From the IMG/VR virus record IMGVR_UViG_3300047548_000930, positions 3,258-67,257 of that record: a DNA stretch of 64,000 nt, one strand, 5' to 3'. Origin of the DNA: a virus. Position numbers and translations under genes: made by a program. This document shows, piece by piece, positions 17,778 to 27,751 of the stretch (positions are counted from its first letter, which is position 1; each line of letters opens with the position of its first letter). The notes under the pieces are model-generated. The model worked only from the letters and a program-made list of their open reading frames with translations. It searched no databases and was not told the origin of the DNA.

Positions 17778-18234
17778 TATTCATCCTTCCAGCAACACAA
17801 TTCATTACAAACATATAAAATGGACTAGTAAAGTTTAATCTCCAAACACCATTAAAACCAAAGTGTGTTTCTGCAATAATAGTTTTTTGAAGATCTGGAT
17901 TTTGTTTTGCCCAATGCTCAGGATAATCTGGTTCGTTATAGCTTCTGCTATAGATAATGTTTTGTATATCAACCCCATCAATAACAATTTTATCGAGTAT
18001 AAGTGTTTGATGAATGTTGTTGACTGGGCGACTTTTTTCTTTGTTATAACGATGAATACGCAATTGTTGTTGCTGGTTAAAATATAACATATGATTAAAT
18101 TTTATAACAGTATCGCTATCGATTAATCCATCATACTTGCATTCATCGTTGATGAATATTTGAGCACCAGGAGGAACATCTGCATAAACAGGTTTTAGAT
18201 AAATTTCAAAAGTAATATCTTCACGGTCTTTCAT
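17761..18234 (-). CDS. Hypothetical beta-rich protein (paralog of 38783-39226)
   Basis: Start moved to ATG 18234 after AGGA; IDGVDI and GFNGVWRLNFTSPFY. Confidence 0.65.
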   Translation of the reverse strand: MKDREDITFEIYLKPVYADVPPGAQIFINDECKYDGLIDSDTVIKFNHMLYFNQQQQLRIHRYNKEKSRPVNNIHQTLILDKIVIDGVDIQNIIYSRSYNEPDYPEHWAKQNPDLQKTIIAETHFGFNGVWRLNFTSPFYMFVMNCVAGRMNNVSIY

Positions 18235-18244
18235 CAGTGATCCT

Positions 18245-18283
18245 AAAAATCTAGACAGCAATAGAATTACTGCTGTCTAGATT
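18245..18283 (-). terminator. Intrinsic terminator
   Basis: 13-bp perfect inverted repeat (18248-18260 / 18271-18283) with a U run on the minus strand, just after the 18297-18560 stop. Confidence 0.7.
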
Positions 18284-18296
18284 AATTTTAAAAGTT

Positions 18297-18560
18297 TTAT
18301 TCTGTTTTGCCAACTGCGGCAAGGACGTCTTCAAGCATACTAAAGTCCTCAGCATGGCGTTGATATTCGCCCTTGTGTGCAATATTAATTGCCTTCTTTA
18401 GAATACCCGGTTTAATCTGTAGCTCTTCGGCTACAGCCTTAATGGTATCGCTTAAGCTACCATTAAGATCCTCAACTTCCTGAAGGATAGTAGAACCCTC
18501 ACGGATAATTTGAGTAAGCTTTGCCTTTTCCTCAGCATTAAAATTACGTGTTGTTGTCAT
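18297..18560 (-). CDS. Small dsDNA-binding protein (GapR/DUF2312- or T4 DsbA-like)
   Basis: L-x2-I-x-E...VEDL...D-x-IK...E...KP-x2-LKKAI helical pattern. Confidence 0.6.
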   Translation of the reverse strand: MTTTRNFNAEEKAKLTQIIREGSTILQEVEDLNGSLSDTIKAVAEELQIKPGILKKAINIAHKGEYQRHAEDFSMLEDVLAAVGKTE

Positions 18561-18612
18561 TGTATTTCCTTTGCTGAGAACAAGCTAACATTGTTTTTGT
18601 TTAAATGCAAAA

Positions 18613-18774
18613 TTAAACTCTGCCCTGGCCGCGATAAGCTTTGGTTGAAAGCTTTGCACTGCGACTCTTTGGACGACTGTTATTGCTGCTTCCAATTGAA
18701 GTCTTCTTACCACTGCTGCTGCGACCAAGAACATTCTTTGCGGCGCCTTGTGCACCGATCTTTGCTTTTGACAT
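18613..18774 (-). CDS. 53-aa basic protein ending YRGQG (not in ORF track)
   Basis: MSKAKIGAQG...KKTSIG...KAYRGQGRV; AAGGA SD; the C-terminus is typical of a small T4-like phage family. Confidence 0.75.
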   Translation of the reverse strand: MSKAKIGAQGAAKNVLGRSSSGKKTSIGSSNNSRPKSRSAKLSTKAYRGQGRV

Positions 18775-18794
18775 GTTTGATTTCCTTTAATTGA

Positions 18795-20153
18795 TTAAAT
18801 GAGTTCTATCCACTCAGCTTTACTTAGCACTTTATTATTGTTGGTTGTACCAATAGCGGTCAATAATACAGTTGGTCTAGTGTTATCATTCCAATATTGT
18901 AATTGATAATTTAAGTTATCGATGTTACCAGTTCCGGCAATAATTGCGCCGCCACCTGTAACGAATCCGCCTTGTACTAAATCTGCGTTTGTGTATGTTG
19001 CACTGGTTACACCAACATTGAATTCTACTGAACTATATGTTGGACGAGATTCCCAAGTGCCACCTGTAACATCGGCACCAATCCAAACACGATAACTTAT
19101 AGTAGCGTTACTATCTACGTATACTCTAAAAGCTTCTGGAATTACTACTGAATTAGTTCTGTCTTCTTTTAATCTAAAAGCAATTAGAGGAACCTCTGTT
19201 CCAGCAGAACCAAGATCAAGTGCAGTAGCGGTAGTAAATCCTCTGCCACATCCATGAATAACACCTTGTAAATTGTAACCGCCTTCAGACACAACGCTTG
19301 CACAAATTTGTTTCATAGTTGAACTCGATGTTTGTGCAGTTACGTTTTTGATTTCATAACGTAACGGTAAACATGCAGTAGTCATATAAACGCTTGTGTT
19401 TCTATTATCGTTGTGGAAAATGTGTGCGACCATTGGGGCACCATCAACTACAAAGCCAACCCTGACGTCACCTACACCTAACCATTCAACGTCCATCCAC
19501 ATGATGTTTGTTTTGGTAACATCTAATGTTGGGGTATTTGCAGTACGATCAGTAGCGTTGGCACTTAACCCGGTGCCATCAAATTTATCTACATTCCAAT
19601 CTGATTGTGCAATTCTACGCTCAACAACAGCACCAGTTGTATAACTTCTTAATACAATGTAATTAGTTACACCATCATTTTCTAAGTAAATTCCGTTACG
19701 AGCACTAAAATAACCAATGCGCTGCCTTAATCCAGGTTTTGGTGTGTTGAATACAAATGTGTTAAAAATAAGTAAACTTTTGCCTGGTTGATAAGGCATT
19801 ACTCGTTTTGTTTGACGTATTACTTCATCATTAATTGCAGTGCCTACAGTCATCGCAACTGAGCTTTCATTTACTAGATAAGTTTTGGTTGCACCACCAA
19901 ATAATTCTGTTGTAAACTGATTGCTTTCTACATGTATTTGTTGACTATCAAAAATAGTAGCAGGATTGCTTACACGTAAACGATTAAATGCATCAACGGA
20001 TGCTCCGCTAAACTGTCCATTTACACGTAGTAAAGGTTGCCCAGCAGCATTATAATCCATTGCTTTGTGTAAGTCCCAAAGATTTTCCTCATTTGGGTGT
20101 ACATAGTTTGTACTATTATAATCGCTACGGTAGGGACCTTGTCTTCCAGCCAT
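18795..20153 (-). CDS. Probable virion structural protein (beta-sandwich)
   Basis: DAFNRLRVSNP, RQTKR..YQPGKS and WLGVGDVRVGF; Thr/Gly-rich. Confidence 0.65.
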   Translation of the reverse strand: MAGRQGPYRSDYNSTNYVHPNEENLWDLHKAMDYNAAGQPLLRVNGQFSGASVDAFNRLRVSNPATIFDSQQIHVESNQFTTELFGGATKTYLVNESSVAMTVGTAINDEVIRQTKRVMPYQPGKSLLIFNTFVFNTPKPGLRQRIGYFSARNGIYLENDGVTNYIVLRSYTTGAVVERRIAQSDWNVDKFDGTGLSANATDRTANTPTLDVTKTNIMWMDVEWLGVGDVRVGFVVDGAPMVAHIFHNDNRNTSVYMTTACLPLRYEIKNVTAQTSSSTMKQICASVVSEGGYNLQGVIHGCGRGFTTATALDLGSAGTEVPLIAFRLKEDRTNSVVIPEAFRVYVDSNATISYRVWIGADVTGGTWESRPTYSSVEFNVGVTSATYTNADLVQGGFVTGGGAIIAGTGNIDNLNYQLQYWNDNTRPTVLLTAIGTTNNNKVLSKAEWIELI

Positions 20154-20156
20154 CTA

Positions 20157-20360
20157 TTAACTCCAAGGACGACCTTCTATTAATGTAGATGCGCCGTCGT
20201 CGGGGTCAACATCGTTGCCATTGTATGGGTTTGGTAGCTTGTTAATATCGTATGTGCTACGCGGGTTTCCACGAGCTGCTCTATCTTGTGCAGCTTTATC
20301 TAGTTTAGCTTTTTGTCTAGCTTCTCGAGTTGGTAAATGAGCTATTCCGTTAGATGACAT
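20157..20360 (-). CDS. Hypothetical late protein
   Basis: Operon-coupled; ends LIEGRPW. Confidence 0.65.
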   Translation of the reverse strand: MSSNGIAHLPTREARQKAKLDKAAQDRAARGNPRSTYDINKLPNPYNGNDVDPDDGASTLIEGRPWS

Positions 20361-20674
20361 TAGTTGCCTCCATATAATCTAGGATGTTCGCCTCTTATAT
20401 CTGCTGGATGTTTTGGGCCATTTACTCCTCCACCAGCATCTGTTGTAACTGCTTCAATTCCAGCAATTCGTTCTTGAGGTTGATTACTATACTCAGTATC
20501 ATTTGCGCCCATTAGACCTGCAATTTGCTTCATACGAGCTAATTCATCATCTGTGCCTGCTTCAATTTCAACGCTAATTTCGTTAGGTTCCTCATGTGGT
20601 GAACCTTGTGCAGCATTGGTATCGATTGCATCAATCATATTTAAAACTTGTCTAATAATGTCCGTTGCTCGCAT
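20360..20674 (-). CDS. Hypothetical late protein
   Basis: MRATDIIRQ leader, ELARMKQIAGL; downstream of TATAAATA. Confidence 0.7.
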   Translation of the reverse strand: MRATDIIRQVLNMIDAIDTNAAQGSPHEEPNEISVEIEAGTDDELARMKQIAGLMGANDTEYSNQPQERIAGIEAVTTDAGGGVNGPKHPADIRGEHPRLYGGN

Positions 20675-20699
20675 AATTTATGCCCCTAATAACTATATG

Positions 20700-20725
20700 T
20701 ATTTATAGGTAGTTTCAAATAAATA
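20700..20725. promoter_or_regulatory. Back-to-back T4-type late promoters
   Basis: Minus-strand TATAAATA at 20700-20707; plus-strand TAAATA at 20720-20725, 5 nt before ATG 20731. Confidence 0.7.
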
Positions 20726-20730
20726 TTCAT

Positions 20731-23700
20731 ATGCAAACTATATACGCCTTCAGTTATAACCCTGTAATCGCAACTGGTACAAATACAACTGGTACCAACT
20801 GGCGCATGGCTTACCAACAGCCTATTATGCTTTACAAAGGAACAACTAATCAAGTTAGGTTAGTTGTTTTCACTGTAAAACAAAAAGTAGTTGATCTAAC
20901 AAATTATACTGTTCAAGTTCAACTTGTTGATCGTGAAACAGAGGAGCATTTTGTTACTAAAACAGCAAGTATTACTGCTCCAACTTCTGGTGTAGCTACA
21001 ATTACATTTACTGAAGAAGATTTGCGTAATTTACAGAATAGATTTTATCATTTAATTGCAAAATTAATAGGACCAAGTGACGGCAGTTCAGTTGTAGCTG
21101 GTGAAATACTTTACTTAGACGATAATTACGGGGCATTTACGCCAATTACAGTTGAAAATGCATGGAACTATAATCCAACAAGCATTTCAACTGTAGACGG
21201 AATTCCTGAAATTAGTTTTACAAATATTAGAGAAACACCTGATAGTTTAGACGGTCAAGCAGGTAAATTTTTAAGAGTTAACTCTGCTAGCAATGCTATC
21301 GAATTTGCAGACTTTTTAAGTTTTGATAGAAGCATTATTCCAAATATAAACGAAACATTTAATCTTGGTGACATTGGACGTCGATGGGGTATGGTATTCG
21401 CTAACAGAGTAAATGTTGGAAATATTTGTATATACGGCACACAACTTGGTTGCGAAAACAGTCCTCAACTTGACTTTAGAGTATTAAGTCAAACTGTTAG
21501 AGTAACTGATAATTCTACTGATCCTGCACATCTTGTTGGTGATGGTGTATTTGTTGAGTTTAATGATACAACACACGACAATGATGGTCCACGTTTAGAA
21601 GTATGGTACGGCGAACAAGATAATCCAAATGATCCCCCAGGGCAACACAGTTTAGATATTAGAGCGGCAGCAAATAGTTATGTTGAATTAGCAAGTCACG
21701 ATCTTAATAGCTTTATCGGCATTGATGATATTGGGCCATTTATACAAACACAATGGCAAGCTGATCAAAGCAAATCATGGCGATTCCTAGGTGACGGCGA
21801 GCTTCGTTTACCAAGCATCGGCAGTAGAATAACTAGCGAAAATAGTAAGTTACAAATTGTTATGACATTTGACGATATAAGATTAACAACTACCAGTGCC
21901 GATAATGTAACTACATATCAAACTATTTTTGATTCATCTGGAAAAACTTTTTTCCCTGGTGATTTATTGCCAGGAACTACAAATTTTCCTGATCCTGATC
22001 CAACAATACAATTTAATTTAGGTTCACCTGAACGTCCTTGGAAAGATTTATATCTAAGTAACAGCACCATTTATTTAGGTAATGTTCCGATAAGCGTAGA
22101 TAACACTGGCACATTAACAGTTAATGGCAATGCTATTACTGGTGGTGAAGTTGTAACTTCGCCGGTTCAACCATATATTGAACTTACAAATGATCCATTT
22201 ATATTCAACCCTTATGCAGGTAACTTAGTAACGTTTACTAAAGATGATTATGGTAATCAAGTTGATCAAATTGATGTTAACGTAGCTATTACTCGTGCTA
22301 ACAACAAGGGAATATACAATCCAAAACTTGAAGCAGATTGGGATGACACAACTAGTGATGGGTTAAGTCCTGTTGGTACATTATGGAATAAAGATGGTTG
22401 GTCTGTTCTTACTAACTTAAATCAAAGAACTTATCTTAGCTTTTATGAAACATTCTTACGTTTTGGTAATAACGTTCTTACAGCCGAAGCAGTAATGTAT
22501 GATACTGCAAATGACAAATATTATACATTTGATTTTACACAATGGGGTAATTCCAACATAGGTGCACCATTAACTTATGTTAGAACGCAAATAGATCCAG
22601 TTACTGGTACTCAAATTGGTAGTGCAGTAACGTTTATTAAACCTGGTTATGCCGATCCAACTCAAATTAATGATCCAATTGATACAAACTTAACTATTGC
22701 AAGAGGCAACAATCAAAGTATATACAATATTGCACTTGAGCAGGGTTATAGTACAGCAGGTGATGGTCGCGACAGTCCAGAAGGTACTGAATGGAATGCT
22801 GATGGTTGGGGACAACTAAGAGATGTTACACAAAGAACTTATGATACTTTCTATAGCGTATTAAACCAAGCAATTGGAGATAATGTTATAGGAAAAGAAT
22901 TAATCATGCACGACATGATTAATGACAAGTATTATGCAGTTAAGTTTAGTAGTTGGACTCAAAACGGAGAAGGCGGCGGATTTAGTTATACTAGGCAATT
23001 ACTAAACACAAATAATCTTTTTGTAAAACCAGACAATAATAATTCTGTTATCGATATATTCGTTGAAGATGTTGGTGAAGCTTCCGGTATTGGTATTACT
23101 AGAGATAATAATAATGGCATCTATAACCCATATAGAGAAGAAGGTTGGAATAACAATCTAAGCCCAGTTGGAACATTATGGAATGTTGATGGATGGGATG
23201 ATTTAAGTAATATTACTACTAGATCATACACTAACTTCTATGCAGCATACGGAAATGGACAATTAGGTAATCGTGTCCCTGGATCACGAGCAATAGTGTA
23301 TATTCCAGAAACCAACAAATATTACGCAATACAATGGTTATCGTGGACACAAGGTGGCGGTGGTGGTTTCAGTTATTTGCGTTACGAATTGGATATAACT
23401 AAATTACAAGAAGGTGTTAAATTTGCCGACGGTACAGTATTAAAATCCGCAACAGGATTAGGTCGTGTCAAATCATCTACTTCAGGTAATCGTAGAATTG
23501 AGGAAGTTGTAGGTAGTAAAACTGTTTCAGTAACACAAGTAACAACTCAAACTATAACTGCTACAGCTTCAAGAAGCGTAGTTGATGACAATAGATTCTG
23601 GGTATCAAATACTGCAACAGATATCGCAGCAATTATGAACAATTTCAATGCATTTGGTATCCAAGATCAGTCTACTATACAGTTCAGTTTAGACAACAGC

Positions 23701-24135
23701 ACATGGTACACTTATAGTAGTAGCTATAGCGGCACATCAACTGAAATAGGAGTATATTGCTCCGGGGGGCCATTCACTTACAACGAAGGCGATACTATCT
23801 ACTTTAGATACGACACTGGTGCTGCTCCGGTAGTATGGTGGACTACAGCAGACCTACCGGGTGGCAGTGCAGGTTTCCGCGGAGCAGTAATTGATTATCA
23901 TGCTTATACTGGCGATGGAACTATCATTGGCACAATTCACATCGTGGATGACAGCGGGAACGAGAGTATCAGCCACACTGAAGTATCTAGCGGCAGCTCA
24001 GACAGCGAGAACGATGATTTGTGGTTAGTACAGAACGAAGGTACTATCAGCTATCGCCGCATAGATGGTGAAGCAAAGACGCTAAAGATACACTGGACTG
24101 CCAAAGTGTTTTACGGCAGTGAGTTTTATGATTGA
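20731..24135 (+). CDS. Tail fibre / baseplate-attached adhesin with three internal repeats
   Basis: BppU-like N-terminus; NLG..ERPWKDLYLS fibre motifs; three repeats of about 130 aa. Confidence 0.7.
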   Translation: MQTIYAFSYNPVIATGTNTTGTNWRMAYQQPIMLYKGTTNQVRLVVFTVKQKVVDLTNYTVQVQLVDRETEEHFVTKTASITAPTSGVATITFTEEDLRNLQNRFYHLIAKLIGPSDGSSVVAGEILYLDDNYGAFTPITVENAWNYNPTSISTVDGIPEISFTNIRETPDSLDGQAGKFLRVNSASNAIEFADFLSFDRSIIPNINETFNLGDIGRRWGMVFANRVNVGNICIYGTQLGCENSPQLDFRVLSQTVRVTDNSTDPAHLVGDGVFVEFNDTTHDNDGPRLEVWYGEQDNPNDPPGQHSLDIRAAANSYVELASHDLNSFIGIDDIGPFIQTQWQADQSKSWRFLGDGELRLPSIGSRITSENSKLQIVMTFDDIRLTTTSADNVTTYQTIFDSSGKTFFPGDLLPGTTNFPDPDPTIQFNLGSPERPWKDLYLSNSTIYLGNVPISVDNTGTLTVNGNAITGGEVVTSPVQPYIELTNDPFIFNPYAGNLVTFTKDDYGNQVDQIDVNVAITRANNKGIYNPKLEADWDDTTSDGLSPVGTLWNKDGWSVLTNLNQRTYLSFYETFLRFGNNVLTAEAVMYDTANDKYYTFDFTQWGNSNIGAPLTYVRTQIDPVTGTQIGSAVTFIKPGYADPTQINDPIDTNLTIARGNNQSIYNIALEQGYSTAGDGRDSPEGTEWNADGWGQLRDVTQRTYDTFYSVLNQAIGDNVIGKELIMHDMINDKYYAVKFSSWTQNGEGGGFSYTRQLLNTNNLFVKPDNNNSVIDIFVEDVGEASGIGITRDNNNGIYNPYREEGWNNNLSPVGTLWNVDGWDDLSNITTRSYTNFYAAYGNGQLGNRVPGSRAIVYIPETNKYYAIQWLSWTQGGGGGFSYLRYELDITKLQEGVKFADGTVLKSATGLGRVKSSTSGNRRIEEVVGSKTVSVTQVTTQTITATASRSVVDDNRFWVSNTATDIAAIMNNFNAFGIQDQSTIQFSLDNSTWYTYSSSYSGTSTEIGVYCSGGPFTYNEGDTIYFRYDTGAAPVVWWTTADLPGGSAGFRGAVIDYHAYTGDGTIIGTIHIVDDSGNESISHTEVSSGSSDSENDDLWLVQNEGTISYRRIDGEAKTLKIHWTAKVFYGSEFYD

Positions 24136-24150
24136 TAGGAACAGACCAAC

Positions 24151-25062
24151 ATGGCAAAAATTAGAAAATTCGTAACAAGTCAAGTAGTAGGTAATAATGC
24201 TGATGAAAGCATTATAAATGAAATTCGCCCTTACGGTGAAATTGGTTTGTATCAAGGTAATTACATCGAGAGCATCGGCGAAGGCCGCTTAGAATTATTA
24301 ATATTTGACGGTAAGAGAACTCACATACAAAGCAAAGTTCTAAGTCCAGGTATATTCTATGGTTACGGCAACGACAGTGGTGATGGTTTTGGATTTGATA
24401 CCATTAAATTAATACCGGATTCTACACTGTATTATAACAATAGTAACTATGGAAATGATCAATATCTTGTAGTTGATCCAACTGCTCCTAACCACATACA
24501 TATTCGTGCTGGTGGAACAATTGATCAATCCAATGCTGATTTATTCTTAGGTGGCGAGCAAACCCATGTTAAGATTAGTGATGGTTACGACACTGTTACA
24601 ATAAGAACTAGTCAAGAAGGTGAAGGGGTCATCAACCGTGATTGGGTCTTTGACAACAACGGAGACTTAACTTTCCCAATGGGTGGTGCTATAGAATCTG
24701 CTGGTATGGGTTGGACTGGATTTACTAACGGTGTAACTGGACAACCTCTCAGCATAGTTCATAAAAGCGCAAACATAAACTATGTAGGTCAATCTCTTTC
24801 AGAAATTTTTCTCTTAAGCGAAAATGAAAATTCAGCAGGCAGTGTTTGGATAGCTGTACAAGACCTAGCAGCAGAATCGTATAAACAATGGTCGTTTAGT
24901 TATGATGGGTCTGTAACTTTCCCAGATGCCACTGTACAGACAACAGCATGGACAGGTATACCTGGGCCTTATGCAGATGATGCGGCTGCTGCTACTGCTG
25001 GAGTTGCGGTTGGTAAACCGTACTATCAAGTAAGTGGACAGGTATTTGTTAGACTAACTTAA
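24151..25062 (+). CDS. Tail-fibre-like protein
   Basis: W-x-F-x3-G-x-LTFP repeats and FPDATVQTTAW; cotranscribed with the previous gene. Confidence 0.65.
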   Translation: MAKIRKFVTSQVVGNNADESIINEIRPYGEIGLYQGNYIESIGEGRLELLIFDGKRTHIQSKVLSPGIFYGYGNDSGDGFGFDTIKLIPDSTLYYNNSNYGNDQYLVVDPTAPNHIHIRAGGTIDQSNADLFLGGEQTHVKISDGYDTVTIRTSQEGEGVINRDWVFDNNGDLTFPMGGAIESAGMGWTGFTNGVTGQPLSIVHKSANINYVGQSLSEIFLLSENENSAGSVWIAVQDLAAESYKQWSFSYDGSVTFPDATVQTTAWTGIPGPYADDAAAATAGVAVGKPYYQVSGQVFVRLT

Positions 25063-25487
25063 TCTATCTGATAGGTTTGTGCGAAGATATCTTTCTTAAC
25101 TACGCCATAGTCATTCTCACCATGGCGCACAATATAATCATTGCCAGCAGTGTAATTAAGTGTTTCGCCCCAGCTAGTCTTAACAGCGCCATCGTGGTCA
25201 GCTAATTTCGCCATCTTAATAATCTTTTTTGGTGTAGCGGAACCGTTGCCATGATCGTCATATAGGTTAGCAAACTTTTCTGGAGGAACAGGATACTTTT
25301 CACCTTTAGGACCAGTAATGATCTTATATCCAGCTTTATACGCAACCGGGCCTTCTAGTGTTTGAATACTGCCATCTGCTTGGGCAGTTTCATAATTAAT
25401 TGGATTAGCTCGCTTATATACTTTTTGTGCGCCTTTTGCAAACCAAGCATCGTTAATGTCTTCAAATAGATTAATCCAGTCTCTCAT
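25059..25487 (-). CDS. Hypothetical protein with a duplicated PGDYG-like unit
   Basis: Start at ATG 25487 (MRDWINLFE); TLEG..AG..I.G..GE.YP is repeated as TSWG..AG.DYIV..GE.DYG. Confidence 0.7.
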   Translation of the reverse strand: MRDWINLFEDINDAWFAKGAQKVYKRANPINYETAQADGSIQTLEGPVAYKAGYKIITGPKGEKYPVPPEKFANLYDDHGNGSATPKKIIKMAKLADHDGAVKTSWGETLNYTAGNDYIVRHGENDYGVVKKDIFAQTYQID

Positions 25488-25675
25488 TTCTTTTTCCCAC
25501 TTTTCATATTTGCACACCAATGTGCCATACGTTGTTTCTCACCGCTACTATTTTTAGCAACTTGTCTTAATTTTGTCACGCTTTGTTTACAATTAACACC
25601 ACTTCTTTTGGCAAGACCTTTACGACCTGGTTTCTTCCCATCAGCAAAGTTTTCTGTTAATTCTTTGATAAGCAT
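25484..25675 (-). CDS. Small basic protein with MLIKELTE leader
   Basis: ENFADGKKPGRKG...MAHWCANM. Confidence 0.7.
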   Translation of the reverse strand: MLIKELTENFADGKKPGRKGLAKRSGVNCKQSVTKLRQVAKNSSGEKQRMAHWCANMKSGKKK

Positions 25676-25677
25676 TT

Positions 25678-26589
25678 TTATTCCAATTTTAGTTTTTGTA
25701 GATAGTAATGAAAGTTCATATCTCTATCGCCGAGTCCATTCATACTTGGGTTAACTTTTGCAGTAACTCCAATTGTATCGCTATAATCTTCTACCTCTGG
25801 CTTTACTCTGTTTTTCCAATACCATACAGCAACTTTAGCAGCAATCTTAGGATCACTTGCCCACTTTGGATTATTTTCTAAATCGATGTTCAATGCTTTT
25901 CCTACACGACGATAGTTATCTCTTCCTGTAATTTGTATAAATCCACGACCTTTATATTTTAAGCCATCACCAGGGTTAACATTTCCAAGTATTTTTGCTT
26001 TTTCTGGTTTGTATTTTGGATCATATCTATTAAAATATTCTTTGTTTCCAACTTCAACCAATCTTTGAAACCCTAACGTTTCATGTGCAACTTGTGCCAT
26101 AAATTGTGCTAATTCTACACCCTTAATACCTGATTTGTATGCAGTAGATAATACTAATTTTTCCATTTCTTTATTAGCATTAGTTGCAGTACTTGATGTA
26201 AGTTTTGTAGGTTCTTTTTTAGCTACTGGTTCTTGTTGTATATCACCGCCTGGTATAGTAATTTCTAATGGCGGTTTATCGACTGGAACTTCACGCGGTG
26301 CATCTCTTAGTTGACCAGTTAAGGCACCATATCCTAATGCGCCTGCCATTGCCCCTGCTGCGGCAGTGTTCTTGACTTTGTCCCAAATAGGACCTTCATC
26401 AATAACCTCACCTTTATACTTGCTTAAAAAATATCTTCCAGATTTGCCAAACTTAACTAAATTATCTAAAACCCAATCATTAGCAATCTTCTCTGCTTCT
26501 TCATATGAAGGGGCAGAGAAAGCGTAAAGAGATTTATATTGATTACGCACTACCCATTGCTTTGATTCTGTTAGTTCTTTGATAAGCAT
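25678..26589 (-). CDS. GH19 (chitinase-like) lysozyme with MLIKELTE leader
   Basis: AQFMAQVAHET, GNVNPGDGLKYKGRGFIQITGRDNY and AVWYW; start at ATG 26589. Confidence 0.88.
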   Translation of the reverse strand: MLIKELTESKQWVVRNQYKSLYAFSAPSYEEAEKIANDWVLDNLVKFGKSGRYFLSKYKGEVIDEGPIWDKVKNTAAAGAMAGALGYGALTGQLRDAPREVPVDKPPLEITIPGGDIQQEPVAKKEPTKLTSSTATNANKEMEKLVLSTAYKSGIKGVELAQFMAQVAHETLGFQRLVEVGNKEYFNRYDPKYKPEKAKILGNVNPGDGLKYKGRGFIQITGRDNYRRVGKALNIDLENNPKWASDPKIAAKVAVWYWKNRVKPEVEDYSDTIGVTAKVNPSMNGLGDRDMNFHYYLQKLKLE

Positions 26590-27320
26590 TATGAACCTTT
26601 TTTGCCAGGAACGCAATTAGGTACTTCGCGGCCATTCTTCATTTTCTTACCAACCATATGATAACCTTTCCAGCAAGGATCATCTTTTGCCTTCATTTTT
26701 TTAGCTTCACTCATAATATTGACTACATGATAGTGATTAGGTCTGCCTTCAACTCTTTGAATTTTAACTTTATCACCGCTGTTAAATGAAGTAAACCCTT
26801 TACCGCGCTTAGACTTAATAGTTACACCATCATTATTGGCACTAACAATTTGTCCCATGCGACCAGCAGCATTACTAAAAACAGTTGCGCCGTTCTTTAA
26901 TAACTGAAATATTTCTTGGTTAATATTTGAACTGTTATCATCACCATACTTTGCAGTGTCTTTAAATTCTTCAACTGGTTTTTCTCCGCCGGTTGCTTGT
27001 CCACCAACTAAATCTTTATAATTGTCCATGCATAGATATTCATGTTCTTTCATCAATGCAATTGCACGCTCAGTTACATCATGTAAATCCATGTCTGTCT
27101 TTGCGTCTTCTTTGGCATATTCCATGATACGCAAGAATAACGGAATATCCATAGTAACTTTATCTGTTGGATTTTCAGCTTCTTTGTTTACGCTTTCACC
27201 CCCAACCATCTTTTTACCTGGAGTACCAGCATCTTTAGCTTTCCAATAACCTGTAAATTTAGGACCAGTAGACTTGTCCATTGCTTCGTCAAGTTGCTTC
27301 ATCAAATCATTTAATAACAT
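26589..27320 (-). CDS. Multi-module late protein
   Basis: MLLNDLMKQLDE leader; DIPLFLRIMEYAKE module; C-terminal PCWKGY...VPNCVP module. Confidence 0.7.
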   Translation of the reverse strand: MLLNDLMKQLDEAMDKSTGPKFTGYWKAKDAGTPGKKMVGGESVNKEAENPTDKVTMDIPLFLRIMEYAKEDAKTDMDLHDVTERAIALMKEHEYLCMDNYKDLVGGQATGGEKPVEEFKDTAKYGDDNSSNINQEIFQLLKNGATVFSNAAGRMGQIVSANNDGVTIKSKRGKGFTSFNSGDKVKIQRVEGRPNHYHVVNIMSEAKKMKAKDDPCWKGYHMVGKKMKNGREVPNCVPGKKGS

Positions 27321-27751
27321 TATATTTCTTCCCCAGATCCTAAATTAATAAATCCAACAGTATCTACTATCAATGCTTGTTTTCCAGCAATAACAATAAT
27401 ATCACCAACGTCCATACTTGTATGATCTACACCTAAACGGTCAATCATTTCACTTGCTTGATTTTGTGGGCTCCAATTTTCAGCCTGCATCATATTCCAT
27501 ATTTTTTCTGGATTTGTTTCTGCTAAAGTTCCAAGTAATACGTGTGTACGACTTAAATTTTTTAAGTCGGGTAATTTACCAGCAGATTGTAAACTTTTAA
27601 AGCCAAGTTTCATATCGTGACTAAATTCTTCTTTCCAATACCAAATTTGAGTATTACCTGGGGAATAGTTATCTCCAGCGTCCTGTAAACTATTAAAACT
27701 AATAGCTTCCATTAGAATATCTAAATATTTCCTCATAAGCGCATTCGCCAT
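27320..27751 (-). CDS. YodL-like protein with E-terminated leader
   Basis: HTSMDVGDII and VDTVGF; MRKYLDILME leader. Confidence 0.6.
   Translation of the reverse strand: MANALMRKYLDILMEAISFNSLQDAGDNYSPGNTQIWYWKEEFSHDMKLGFKSLQSAGKLPDLKNLSRTHVLLGTLAETNPEKIWNMMQAENWSPQNQASEMIDRLGVDHTSMDVGDIIVIAGKQALIVDTVGFINLGSGEEI

Noticed and set aside
20731-25062. Invertible or DGR-diversified tail-fibre cassette
   Set aside because: No flanking inverted repeats, recombinase, reverse transcriptase or template/variable repeat pair seen; the orientation is explained by its own late promoter.
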